A DNA stretch of 64,000 nt from Eledone cirrhosa (GCA_964016885.1 OZ024761.1:3224001-3288000), one strand, 5' to 3'. Numbered from the stretch's first letter, positions 25,730 through 38,729 are shown. A program made the numbers and translations. The notes: generated from the sequence alone by a model not told the origin.

Positions 25730-26445
25730 GAGGTGGATTAGCAGAATCGCTAGAGCGTCGGACAACATGATTAGTGCCATATTATATGGTTCTTTACGTT
25801 CTGAGTTCAAATCCTGCCAAGGTTAGCGTTGCCTTTCATCCTTAAGGGGTCGATAGAATAAAGCACCTTCCTTTATTTTATTATAATTTCTGGATTGGCA
25901 GAACCGGTAGAGCGTCAGACGCCATGCTTTCCAGCATAGTTACGTTACTTTACGATTTGAGTTCAAATCCCGCCGAGGTTAACTTTGCCTTTCATCCTTA
26001 CGGGATCGATGAAATAAAGTACCAGTAATACACTGGGTAATTGCTGGCCTTGTGCCAAAAGTAGAAACAATTATAATTTCTATCGGCGGTGGATTAGCAG
26101 TATCGGTAGAGGGTCGGACGCCATGCTTTGACGCATAGAGTTACGGCCCTTGCCGAGGTTAACTTTCATCCTTAAGGAGTCGATAAAATAAAGTACCAGT
26201 AATACACTTAAGCTTCGTGGCATAGAGTTACGTCACTTTACGTTCTTATTATTACTTCACTGCTGATTTGGTCGTATCAGTAGAGTGTCGGACAATATGC
26301 TTAGCGGCATAGAGTTATGTCCCTTTACGTTCTGAGTTCAAATCCCGCCAAGGTTAGCTTTGCCTTTCGGGATCGATAAAATACAGTACCAGTACTGGTG
26401 TCGATTTAATCAACTTTCCATCCCATCTAAAGTAGAAACAATTAT
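25730..26445 (+). mobile_element. Cluster of four or five tandem SINE copies or fragments
   Basis: Repeated SINE heads and cores starting near 25730, 25890, 26085 and 26265. Confidence 0.8.
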
Positions 26446-26871
26446 CATACATACTTTCCACACCATTCTGAAAGGTAAGTGTCTAAGCATTCCTAACTTA
26501 CTCTATTGTTTTTGTTTGTTGTTTTTTTTTGTTTTTTTTTCACAACTTCCGCTAGAAAGCTTCACAATATTGGTTTCGAGTTGAGGCACAAATTGTGGTG
26601 GGGTAAGGGTAAAGTTGATTAAATCCACCCCAGTATATAACTGCTACTTATTTTATCGACCCTCACCCCCCTCTCTTCTGCGACACAGAGCTCTTGCCAC
26701 CCTCTCCCTTGCCCACTCTTTTTTTTTCTATATTTCTCTATATTCCTTCTTTCTTTCTTTCCTTATTTTATTCCCCTTTATTATATTTTTTCTTACTAAA
26801 TAAGGTTTGTTTTTTGCTTTCGAATAAATTAATATATTAGGTGATATAAGTAAAGTATGTTGATGAATGAC

Positions 26872-26940
26872 ATAACGCCGGGAATTGAACTCGTAAGCTT
26901 GCGATTGTCAGCCCCATACCTTAACCACTAAGACACGCTC
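26872..26940 (-). mobile_element. tRNA-like SINE head or tRNA pseudogene
   Basis: Minus strand GTGTCTTAGTGGTTAAGG...GAGTTCAATTCCCGGC (A and B boxes); no clean cloverleaf. Confidence 0.55.
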
Positions 26941-27209
26941 TTTCCCAACATCTAAACAGAATATATAACATCAATATAAGTTATTTATTTAACAGTCAAT
27001 GAATAATACGATATTGTTCATGGATTTAACTTTCCCACACAATGTGAAATATCAATAGAAGGGGGGGGGGCATGTCTGATAGCAGGCTGAAATTTTGAAA
27101 ATTGATGTATCAATCATAACAAATGTTGTGCGACATATTGATTTTTACGAAAACGCAGACATTTTAACAAATTACTCCAAGCTAATTTGAATCGGATGTT
27201 GGAACGCCG

Positions 27210-27530
27210 TTAATAATAATAATGAAATTATTGTGTACAGTGCTCAGGTGCACTACAACTCATCAAAGGTGCATGTATAGTACATAGAATAATATACAAA
27301 TGTCAGGAAAGTGAACAGTGTATGAGTCATGATATACATGTGTGCGTATGTGTGGGGGAATATCAGGTGCAGTGTCGGCGAATTTCAGGAAGCATGGAGG
27401 TTTTAAAGGATACAGTGTCTCGACAGCTAACAACTGATGCAGGGACTTTGTTCCATGGAGGTTTTAAACGATGCAGTGTCTCGACAGCTAACAACTGATG
27501 CAGGTAGTTTGTCCCATGGAGGTTTTAAAG
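27210..27530 (-). mobile_element. CR1/L2-group LINE 3' end with an internal duplication
   Basis: Homologous to 51358-51612; the GGAGGTTTTAAA..CAGCTAACAACTGATGCAGG block is duplicated. Confidence 0.75.
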
Positions 27531-27534
27531 GGTG

Positions 27535-28000
27535 CAGACAGCAGACGGATCTCCTTACCAGCGGAGCCTGCTTCTTCCACAGAAACTAGAAGAGCATGCG
27601 TTCCATCTTGGCGAGGTGCTCACGGGGACAAGGCACGACAGTCAAGCGATAGTAGATGACGGACGCTATGAAAATGTTCGCCACCTCCGCTCGACCTTTC
27701 AAGGACAGTTTGCACTCTGCCCACTTCTGGGTGGGTGCAAACACCTTGGCCGTGACCTCGTTCCAGTTTTTCTCCACCTGGAGATCTGGACGGAACCAGA
27801 CCCCGAGCAATTTCACCGGTCCGTCCGTCCAGTGTCCAACGACGCTGTCGGACGTCATCGGTTTTCCTCTCCACGTACCGAGTTGCAAACCGACAGACTT
27901 GTCCGGGTTTAGTTTTGCTCCCGTCAGCGTTTCGTATTCTTTCAGTAAGTTGCCGATCACCCCGATTTCCGAGCTGCTCGACACCATTACCGTCACGTCG
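27535..28000 (-). mobile_element. Tx1/L1 RT C-terminal fragment
   Basis: ORF 27586..27996: GAKLNPDKS..KLLGVWF..KLSLKGRAEVAN. Confidence 0.85.
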
Positions 28001-28955
28001 GTGAATTAGCTTACAAATTTAGAATGGCCCTAGATAAACATAAACTTAATATTAAGATAGTAGAAAGACCAGGTACCTCCATAAAAACACTTATTAGCAA
28101 TACATACCCTTTCCAAAGACCTCCCTGTATAGATAAGAAATGTATAATCTGTAAACTAAGCCCCCATATTAACTGTAAAACTAGGAATGTAGTATATAGC
28201 ATAAGATGTACTGAAGGACAATGTAAAGATAAGAATATAGTGTACATAGGTAAGACAGCTCGTAGTATAGGAGAACGGTTAAATGAGCACTGGCGAGAAC
28301 TTCAAGATAGAAAAGAATCATCTGTACTCCACCAACATGCTAAAATAGAACATAAGGGCAAATTAGAGAACATACAAATAAAAATAGAATCTACACACAG
28401 AAAAGACGCAATGTTTAGACAAATCACAGAGGCAATAAACATAAATGAACTCCAACCAAAATGAAATAGAAAACATGAATGGAATAGCAACATCACAACT
28501 TACAATTAAGGACAAAATGAAAACACACATAGAACAAACAACCAACCACTAACATGTAAATAAACAAATAAATAAACAAATATAAACACACACAGACACC
28601 CGGATGTAACACATGCGCAAACTAAGCACACAACACACACAAAAACAAGATGGCGTAGGACAGAACAAAGGAGAGGCACAAAAACAAAGAAAAGAATCCC
28701 CAGTCACTGAAGAGGTCACAGAATGTGTGACGAAAAAACTTTGACAATATATGAACAACCGTCCGGTTGTGGAACCAACCAACCAACCGGAAATTTATAA
28801 ATTCTTAAATTTATAAATTTAATTTATAATAAATTAGAGTGAAAGCAACTGGTGCGTGTGTTTCTTATTGGCAACATGACCCTCTCAAAGCATAACAATA
28901 TCGGTTTCAACACACGTTTTCAGATAACGAATCTTGCTAAACAAATTCAGAAACG
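28001..28955 (+). mobile_element. Penelope/Poseidon-like GIY-YIG 3' end with pseudo-LTR and HHR motif (28703-28745)
   Basis: NVVYSIRC..YIGKTARSIGERLNEH..RQITEA; near-identical to 50410-50900; GTCA-CTGAAGA..GAAA..TT-TGAC. Confidence 0.88.
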
Positions 28956-29169
28956 ATAGATATATATATTAATAAAAGGAATTCCAACTTTGTCTGATTT
29001 ACTCGTTTTATTTACAATCCTTTAAAATTATAATGATATTATAATGAAATAGTATGGTAGAATATTAAATGTTAAGTGTTAATTGAACAATTACTTTCAT
29101 GCTTTCTCAATCCTCAGGTTCATATTCTGTGGTGACAGTCAAGTTTGCAATTTCCAAGTTGAAAATTGC

Positions 29170-29530
29170 AAACTTGACTAACCAGATTCAGAAAGGGCCT
29201 TATTATAATATGCCGCATGGTTCATAAATATCTCCTCATTTGCGGATAGCATGGAGATCCTATACGAGATAGATTTAATGATTGCTCTGATGACTGCCGG
29301 TGGGTGGGTAGAGTGTGAGCTAATATATGTAAGTATTTCACCTGGTTTATGATAAGGGTAATATAAGTTATTGTTAAGATCTAGGGTAACGTCCAGGAAG
29401 TTTACTACCTTATGGTTCGGCTCGATGGTGATTAAGAGACCGTTATTTTTTAAAATCTATGTAATTGTTTTCTGATCACTTGGCCGGTGTTGGACCACAG
29501 CTTGTAGGTGATATCATCTCGTAGCCCAGG
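29170..29530 (-). mobile_element. Naiad-like PLE RT fragment
   Basis: Minus strand encodes YRDD-like, NFLDVTL and ISYRISMLSANEEIF, matching positions 1-100. Confidence 0.7.
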
Positions 29531-29618
29531 GATGATCCTATCCTATATATATATATATATATATAGTTAAAGAATGAAGAGTAACATGGTTGGCTGTACA
29601 GTAAGGGATTTATTTAAA

Positions 29619-29729
29619 GTACTGACAATTGTTTCGTTGATCAGGTGAGTCTAGAGTTCGCTAATCATCTGAGGTTACGTCATTCGATCTCCAATACATT
29701 ATTTACCTCTGGTCAACACATCAGAGTAC
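29619..29729 (-). ncRNA. Hammerhead ribozyme motif with variant core and long stem II
   Basis: GTACT-CTGATGT-GTTGA..TCAAC-GAAA-CAATTG-TC-AGTAC. Confidence 0.7.
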
Positions 29730-32630
29730 GTAGATATGAAAGTAATTCACTCGAAGCGTTACTCATATAGAAAAATACCATATAATCAAAACAATAACAT
29801 CAATAATAAAATAGCGTATAATCAAAACAATAACATCAATAATAAAACGTATGGTAAATAGGTAGAGAAGTTACAGATGTAAAAAGTAAAAAGTAAAATA
29901 TAAGATAGGGTACATTAAAAAATAAGATGAGAAAATGGAAAATATAAAGAAATAAATAAGTGAGAGCGTGTAAGTACATAGTAGTAGTTTTTGAGTAAGT
30001 GTTCTTATAAGGATTCCTTGGTGGGTTTAGTGCTAACATGAGAAACCAGATTCGAGATGTACATAGATACGTGTAGAGGGACCGATAAAAGAAAAGACAA
30101 TAAATTAGAAATTAATTGGTAGATACATGTATGATATTTACGGGCTTGGGATGACGGGACATTTGATAAACGCTTGTTGTAAATGTTTTGCTGATTGTTC
30201 CATCTTAATGGAGTTGATGCTGTTTCAGGGAGAGAGGGTGAAGGAGATGGTCGGATATTTATGATCTAGTGACCCGTTGGCCTTTGATAGCTAATAGTAG
30301 TGCGATGGTGTGTTCTATATGTTAAAATCTAGGTGGTTCAGTACTAATTTTGGGATTGTTGGTTCAAATCATGGTGGTTTGAAGTTTGTGAATCTAGTAG
30401 CTATTTTATGCCTACAGAAAATTGGTCTCTCTATTTTGCTGTTAAGCTGTATCCCATCGTACCTTAAAATATGTTGTAGTTCTAAATTACAAAGCCCGCA
30501 GTGGGACATACCGTTGCTGTAGGCTTTAGCTACCGATAATTTTGACCAGCTAATCTTATATTCTAGGTTTTTGTTCTTAAGCTGCCAGATTTTATTGGTG
30601 AGCGTCGTAGAGTTCTCCAGTGCACGGTTCTTCATGGAGTGTCTGTGGACGTACCACCTTTTCTTGAACTCCCCACCCGTGGAACCTATATAGTGCCAAG
30701 TAGAGTTGCCTGAATTTACAGTACACAGGTATACCATACTCGAATCCAGGCATCTATTCCGTAGTGGCACTTATCCGGTAGGTGGCAATTACAATTTGAG
30801 GTTTTATTTGGTGCAAGTACATCCTTGCGGTTTTGTAAGTTGTTGTGGGTGGGTTGTGATTTAGGCCTATTAATGTTTTGTTGTAATGTTTTCTCATGCG
30901 TTTGTGGTTGTGATGTTGTTATGTGTTTGTGTTTTGTATTTGGTGCTATGGTGCGTGTTGGTAGGTTAATTTCTTTAGAGATATTTTTGTGGTTGATCTT
31001 ACGTATGTGCGATTCTATGTTGGCTGCAGTAGAGTAGGAAAGTTTTATAGTTTTTCTATTGCAGATTTTATGGTATTTGTGTAGTGTAAGGAAGTGCTTA
31101 TCTATTAGTTTAAAGAATGTAGAAGGTAGTTTAGTTTTTATAGAGGAGTTGAATATTGGATTGAACCATAGGTACTTTCTATCTCTGGATCTTCTATAGT
31201 TTTTGGGGGTCCTTATATTAGTGTTCTGTTCGGTTATTATTGGTGCTCGTTGTCTAATTCTATGTTTAGTCCTATGCTTGTTATGTCTGTATGAGCGGGT
31301 AGTGTTGATGTCATTAGGTTTGTTGTTGTTGTCCCTATCTAGTATGTATTCCAGCTTCTCCTTATGTCCAGCCTTATGTAAAGCGATGTTATAATAGTTT
31401 GCGATGTTATAATATGCGGGATATTCTGAGGGATATACTATGTGCTATGGAGTTAATTATGGGTCGGGGGAGGTTTGAGTTATAACTAATGTATGCTAGA
31501 TTTTCGTTATTCTTATGGAAGGGCTCTATTAATTCTATGTTTAGGTTGAGAGATACATCTAAGAAATTTGCTTTTTTAGAGTTAAGTTCGAAAGTGATAC
31601 CTAGGCCTAGTCTTTTGAAGAATACTCTGTTTTTTCGTAATCTTTCTATGTTCTGATTATTTAGGTTTTTGGCTAGAAGGAGTGTATCGTCTCTGTAAAT
31701 TCCTCATTGGAGGTTATTGAATTCCTTATGTAAGTTGTGCGCTATATATATTCCCACCAAGTCCGTTACTTGAGCTGAGTCGTTAGATCCCATTGTGATA
31801 TCAAAGCTATTCTGTCTGTTTTTTCGTTCCCAGTAACTATTTTCGAATCGAATGATAGTCCTTCTATCAGCTAGTATTATTTTAATTTCGTCCGAGGTAA
31901 GATCTGAATTTTTCTGGGAAAAGGTTAGCGCTTTAGCCAGGGTGATTCTGAGGATATGGATGATCAAACCACCATGATTTGAACCAGCAATCCCAAAATT
32001 AGTACTTGAACCACCTAGATTTTAACATATAGAACACACACCATCGCACTACTATTAGCTATCAAACGGCCAACGGGTCACTAGATCATAAATCTCTGAC
32101 CATCTCTTTCACCCTCTCTCCCTGAAACATCATCAACCCCATTAAGATAGAACAATCAGCAAAACATTTACAACAAGCGTTTATCAAATGTCCCGTCATC
32201 CCTAGCCCATAAGTATCATACATGTATCTACCAATTAATCTCTAATTTATTGTCTTTTCTTTTATCGGTCCCTCTACACGTATCTATGTACATCTCGAAT
32301 CTGGTTTCTCATGTTAGCATTAAACGCACCAACGAATCCTTATAAGAACACTTACTCAAAAACGACTACTATTTACTTACACGCTCTCACTTATTTATTT
32401 CTTTATATTTTCCATTTTCTCATTATCTTATTTTTTAATGTACCCTATCTTATATTTTACTTTTTACTTTTTACTTTTTACATCTGTAACTTCTCTACCT
32501 ATTTACCATACGTTTTATTATTGATGTTATTGTTTTGATTATACGCTATTTTATTATTGATGTTATTGTTTTGATTATACGGTATTTTTCTACATGAGTC
32601 ATGCCTCGAGTGAATTATTTTTATATCTAC

Positions 32631-32741
32631 GTACTCTGATGTGTTGACCAGAGGTAAATAATGTATTGGAGATCGAATAACGCAACCTCAGGCGATTAGC
32701 GAACTCCACACTCACCTGATCAACGAAACAATTGTCAGTAC
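32631..32741 (+). ncRNA. Hammerhead ribozyme motif, inverted copy of 29619-29729
   Basis: Same architecture with palindromic stem III CAATTG. Confidence 0.7.
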
Positions 32742-32955
32742 TTTAAATAAATCCCTTATTTTACAGCTAACCATGTTACTCTTCATTCTTTAACTATTAT
32801 TACTCCAAGTATAACCTGCATAAAAATTACCGCGAACTCGCTGCATAACTATGGAAGCATCTTGTTGAGTCAAACAAAGCCGTACGTTAAAACTATCCAC
32901 GACGCAGAGTACTCACAACCTCTAACTGGATTACCTATAACGATAACTTGTTATC

Positions 32956-32997
<42 letters not shown>

Positions 32998-33000
<3 letters not shown>

Positions 33001-33546
33001 CAAAGAGATATTTAATTTGTTGGTAATTCCACAAATATATTTATAACAGATTCAAAGCACTCGACAGCTTTTCTGGAGTATAATATCAATGATATTAATA
33101 AATGGAAACTATATTTATAAAACCATTTTTATTATATTATATATATTTCAAGGGTACTTTGTAAATTCACGTACACTCTAATATTAATATAATCTTCTCT
33201 TTCTTCTTTATATATCCAAATAATTATTTAAATCTACCTAACGTCTAAAAATGACGATTTTTTCAGCCCTACGCTTCAACTTCATTTGCATATTCTTCAA
33301 AATAATTTGAAATATTTGTTCTTTTTCCTTTCTTCCTCTTTTTTCTTTTTTTCTTTTTACCTCTATCCTCTCACTATCCAAACGTAACCTGAACCATTAA
33401 GGTCTGATTCCTGGGTATGTCACTATTTATAAAACAAATTTTGTATCTGATGAGAGCGTACCAAAGTGTTGGTACCCTTGAAATATATATAATAGAATAA
33501 GTATGGTTTTACAAATATAGTTTCCCTTTATTAATATCATTGATAT
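32998..33546. mobile_element. Non-autonomous fold-back HHR element, family F copy 1; HHR on + strand at 33440-33498
   Basis: Arms 33084-33157 and 33471-33546; CTGATGA-GAGCGTACCAA agtg TTGGTACCCTT-GAAA-TATATA-TA; tail 32998-33083 is homologous to 46894-46980. Confidence 0.75.
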
Positions 33547-33811
33547 ATATATATATATCGAGAGAGAGAGAGGGGGGGAGACATGTGTATATAGAGACAG
33601 ATAGTTAAAGACATATATAGATGGAGGGGTAGATATAGAGGAAGAGAGAGAAAACGGATATGAAAGAGAGTGAAGCACATTGGGTAATCAGCTAGAAGGT
33701 CACGTGGGTAATGAAGTTATCAGTGTCAATGAGAAATTGGTATAAGATGTAATAGAGCTTGTTAGAGAGAAAGATGTGTCAAGAGAGATCGAATAGATAT
33801 ACATATACACA

Positions 33812-33855
<44 letters not shown>

Positions 33856-33859
<4 letters not shown>

Positions 33860-34502
33860 TTTGTTTAGCAAGATTTCTTATTTGAAAACGTGTGTTGAAA
33901 CAGATATTGTTATACTTTGGGAGGGTCATGTTGCCAATAAAAAGACACGCACCTGTTGGTCTCACTTCAATTTATTATAAATTTCCTGTTGGTTCGATAA
34001 CCGGAAGGTTGTTTATATATTGTCAAAGCCCTTTCGTCACACATTCTGTGACCTCATCAGTGACTAGGTTTTTATTTTGTGTATCTCTCCTTTGTTCTGT
34101 CCTTCACCATCTTGTTTATGTGTGTTGTGTGCTTAGTTTGCGCATGTATTACATGCGGGTGGATGTGTTTTTATCTATTTATTTATGTGTTTATTTATTT
34201 GTCACTAGTTTGTTGTTTGTTCTATTTGTCTGTGTGTCTGATTTGTTTTGTTAGTTTGGTTTTTGTGTGTGTCTGTATGTCTTCATTTTGTCCTTAATTA
34301 CTAGTTGTGATGTTGCTATTCCACTCATGTTTTCTGTTTAATTTGGGCTGGAGTTCGTTTATATTTGTTGCCTCTGTGATTTGTCTGAGCATTGCATCTT
34401 TTCTGTGTGTGGATATAATTTTTATCTCTATGTTCTCTAATGTGCCTCTATGTTCTATTTTGGCATGTTGGTGGAGTACTGATGAGTTTTTCCCATCCTG
34501 GA
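33856..34502 (-). mobile_element. Penelope/Poseidon-like 3' end with HHR (34022-34064)
   Basis: Homologous to 28310-28950; minus strand GTCA-CTGATGA-GGTCACA..TGTGAC-GAAA-GGGC-TT-TGAC. Confidence 0.85.
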
Positions 34503-34545
<43 letters not shown>

Positions 34546-34548
<3 letters not shown>

Positions 34549-37500
34549 ATACTATTTATAGTTGTGTATATACTATACTATAAATAACTATAAACATGAA
34601 AGATCAGTAATTTATTACTACCTTATTACCAGTAAGAGAAATAGCTCAATGTAAGAACATCAGTTGTTTTACAGAGCAGGAATATAAATTACACAAGTAT
34701 CAAAGTTATGTTTAAAACATTTAATCGCTGACAATTGTTTCTTCCAAACTTAAGCTTGAAGTCCTCAGAGCATTATCAATGTTTGTACATATAATTAACC
34801 TCCTATTCAACTGAAGAATCATATAGATACATATATATTGATGTTTTGAACAACAGTTTAGTATATATTGGGTGTAATGGATGCAACATATATTATACGA
34901 GAATTGTACAATAATTCAAATTAAGATTAAAATTAAAATTAAAATTAAAAGCACAGAGTGGAATACATGCGACAGATAATACAATAGACAAGTCTAATAA
35001 TTAAAGAGGCATTGAGAAAGAAGTACATATTCAAGCGTGTGGAGATTGTACATGCGTTAATCATATATATGGGAAGGAAACAAGCAAATGTATTAGGCAT
35101 ATATGAGTACTGTATGGCAAGGTATTACATAAAATACAAACACTTTAAGCGAATATGTTAGTGTATTATGGAGGATGTAAAGCGATGATAGTTTCTGTAT
35201 AGTTCAAATTTGTATGTGTGTAGAATATGAAAGTTACTGATTTCCCATCCATTACATATGTTAAGTTATATTTTAGTTAATGTTTGTATTGAATGTTTTT
35301 AGTTAGTTATAGTAATGGATTGTAACTTGGTCTTATTGTATTCATATTCATGGATTAGAATTGTTCTACAGCGAGATTTTTTAACGGTTTAATATCCGGA
35401 AGTGGATATGGAATTAAGGGGAGCTAATGCGTAAGGGGAGGTAACTAGCTCATTATAATATTTAAATTCTTTGCTCTGATAGACATTATATAGTGTCACA
35501 ATTATACAAATTGTTATATATTTATATTTAATTTTAAATACAGTCTATTCTCTCATAATATATTAAAGGTTTCATTAGATTGTTATCTACCCAATATTAG
35601 GCAAGATATGGAATAATGTATAGCTGTTTACATGTTAAATTATTCATATTATATTATAATTCAATTACTGTATATATTATAAGTACTCTAAAGTATTTAT
35701 ATTATAAGATGGTGACTAGATGTTTATTTCTAGAGAATAATGTTAGAGATAAATAGGATTTGTGTAGAGGAAAGAGCAGATCAAAGAGCTGTGGGGGAAG
35801 AAAAGTCTTAAAGGTGAAGTGATAATGGTGGTGATGAATTCAAATCTGACATTGTTATATACTAGCGGCTAGGTTTAAAGCTATGGAATGAGTGTCGGTA
35901 GTGGTGCTGGCACGAGGAAAACACCTCTGACTTTTTATTTAGGAGGTTTAGTTTCGAAAAGATTATAGTATGGGTCTCTAGAAGACAAAGGTTACAAAAT
36001 TTATTCGGTGGTTTATACGATGTAGCCCTACCTACTACTTCCCATTGAAGCGTATATGTTCTATTCCTAGTTTTCAGAGAGTGTATATAGCTAGATAATT
36101 GTTTCTACTTTAGGCACAAGGCCAGCAATTACCCAGTGCATTACTGGTACTTTATTTTATCGACCCCGTAAGGATGAAAGGCAAAGTCAACCTCGGCGGG
36201 ATTTGAACTCAGATCGTAAAGGGACGTAACTATGCTGGAAAGCATGGCGTCCGACCCTCTACCGATACTGCTAATCCACCTGTATATAGCTAGATAATGA
36301 AGTGGAGTTGGCTAGATTGTGTTTTTTGAAAGAGTAGAGGTGCGAGTTTGTATCTCGTCTTGAAGCAGTTCGAAGTAGAGCCAATATATGTTTTAGAAGA
36401 GTTGTTTGTGTTGACCGTGCAGGAGTAAATGATGTCTTTGATTAAGCAATTATTACCTAATGGGCAAGTTCTATTTGATCTACAGTTACATTTATTTTGG
36501 ATGTTATCTTGCCAGTTATTATGTTGTGTAGAAGTATGTTTGCTATGGATAGCATTAGGGTAATGATGGTTGTCGTTCCTATTGTTATCGATTTCATTAG
36601 TGTTATTACCATTATTACTATTGCTACTAGGGTTTGTAGTTATTATGTTGTTCTGAAAGTTTACCTCCTGCTGTGTTTTAATTAGTTGGAAATAATTATT
36701 AATCTTCCTTTTATTACTACTAGCTATATGGTATGCTATGTTAGGTGTGGTATAGTAAGAGATTTTAATGGTGTTTTTATTTATAAGATTATGGTACTTG
36801 TGGCCAGATGGGAAGTTTTTTTCTAGGATTGAGAAGAAAGCCTTAGGTAAGTTGGTAGAGACGTTTAGATTGAAAGGGGGATTGAAGAATGTATTAGTTC
36901 TTCTATTTTTGTTTTTTGTAATATCTATTGAGGTATTTCTGTTTATAATATTATTGTGGTGTTTACTTTGGTGCGAGTTAAGTTTGATATTACCCTTCGT
37001 ATTAGAGTAAGAGTAGCTAGTACTCTTATTATTTTTCCTCATGGCCATATTATTAGAAATAATGCTGTAACTATGTGATTTTATAGGTAGGAATTCAATC
37101 CCATTTTTATGGCCTGATTTAGCTAATGCCTGATTATAGTATTGGGAATTATTGTTAAATATGGTTTCGTTATATGATAGATTAGAGATTCTATTAGATA
37201 TTCCTTTAGTGATTGAGTTTAATATGGATTTAGGGTGGTTAGACTTGGTATCCACATAAATTAGTTTTTCGTTAGGTTTATGAAAGGGTGTATATATTTT
37301 AGAGTCTAGGTAAAGGGTAGCATCAAGGAAGTTAACATTTTTAATGTTTTTGTCTAAGGTGATACTTAAGTTGAAGTTTTTGAAAATGGTTATGTAATAG
37401 TTTCCTAGTTCTTTCTATATTAACATTTTTATAGTCTATAAGGAATAGTGCATCATCGCGGTATAAACCACCATTGAGGTAGGGTAGGTTCTTATGAATT

Positions 37501-38345
37501 TCATTTAGTAGATATAGGCCCACCAAATCAGTGACCTGCGCCGAGTCACTAGATCCCATAGTTATGTCAAAGTTGTTATGCGTATCCTTGCGGGTCCATA
37601 ATTGATCTTCAAATGTAATTATGGTTTTTCGCGCCGCAAGTATGACATCAATATGGGATCTAGTCAGGTCACTATTGTTCATGGCCATAATTAGTGCCTT
37701 ATTTAATAGGATATGGGAAATAGAGGTGTAGTATGAATTGATATCAAATTGTATGAATTTTTTATTTTTATTCTCTTTAATATCCTTAAACCATTCAATA
37801 ACTTCACCTGTATTTCCCCACTGGTTAAGGTATATTTTGTGCTTAATCTGTGGGGTGATTCTATCTAATATTTTCTTGCTGATAATATCAATGTCAGATT
37901 TGGAAGGGCAGATTAGTCTTATCGAAGGGTTACTAATGAAGTCTTCTTTATGGTCCTTCAGAGAGAATCTCGGGGGTAGGGGTGTATGGCTGTGTATGTC
38001 TCTGAAGTCCTAATTTACACACTATACTACGGCTAATAGTATAGTTTATATCTTCTAGGTTTTTAGTAGTAGTTTTCTTGTAGCTCCTATGTAGTTCTTT
38101 ATATATAAATTTTCTATATGTATCATAATCTAGGCTATATATATTATTAGTTTTATCTGCATGTACAATAATTTTATTGTTTGTATTGAATCCTTTAATA
38201 GTGGAGTTAAGTTTATTTAAGAAGGTGTTGTTTCTATTACGATGCTTTTTGTATTTAATGTTCTTAACTAGTTTTATTAGGTCATTTTCAAAAGAGTTTA
38301 ATAAGGTGTTGTGAGGAGGGCTTTTAAAAGTTTTACTTGTGTAAT
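34546..38345 (-). mobile_element. Near full-length Naiad-like PLE (RT, GIY-YIG, long 3' region, HHR at 34726-34772)
   Basis: FENDL..ADKTNNIY, FDINSYY, DITMGSSD, YRDD, CNCRSNRTCPLGNNCL, YIGST, CNLC..SCQH; HHR GCT-CTGAGGA..GAAA-CAATTG-TC-AGC. Confidence 0.9.
36100..36280 (-). mobile_element. SINE inserted in the PLE endonuclease with an 18-bp target-site duplication
   Basis: TGTATATAGCTAGATAAT at 36082-36099 and 36281-36298. Confidence 0.9.
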
Positions 38346-38698
38346 TTATATATATATATATATATACACACACATATATCTGAATATACATATATATACA
38401 AATATATGTATGTATATATATATATATATATATAAATTATTTAGGTTTGTTGGTTCACCACTGGTCATTCCGTATGGTCAACCTCGATGTAATATTATGT
38501 CGAGCACTCGACGTAATGCAACTCACCCGTCTTCGTTTGTGTAGTTGGTGGTGCGAGTACGGAGTTAATTATTATAAAATAACAGGAGGCTGGACTGATG
38601 TAATACCTTAAAAGGTTTATTATACTATGGTCATTGAAATGATCTTAGTATAATAAATCTTTTAAGGAATTACACCAGTCCAGCCTCCTGTTATTTTA

Positions 38699-38729
<31 letters not shown>

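Larger units (their letters stand above)
29564..32958 (-). mobile_element. Naiad-like PLE (partial RT, GIY-YIG) with inverted pseudo-LTRs (29564-30382 and 31965-32797) and a tail to 32958
   Basis: DITMGSNDSAQVTDLVG, YRDD, YIGSTG..CGLC..CRH; the roughly 0.8-kb arms are reverse complements; (TA)n on both sides. Confidence 0.9.

Noticed and set aside
26872-26940. Functional tRNA gene
   Set aside because: A and B boxes are present but acceptor and anticodon stems do not pair convincingly
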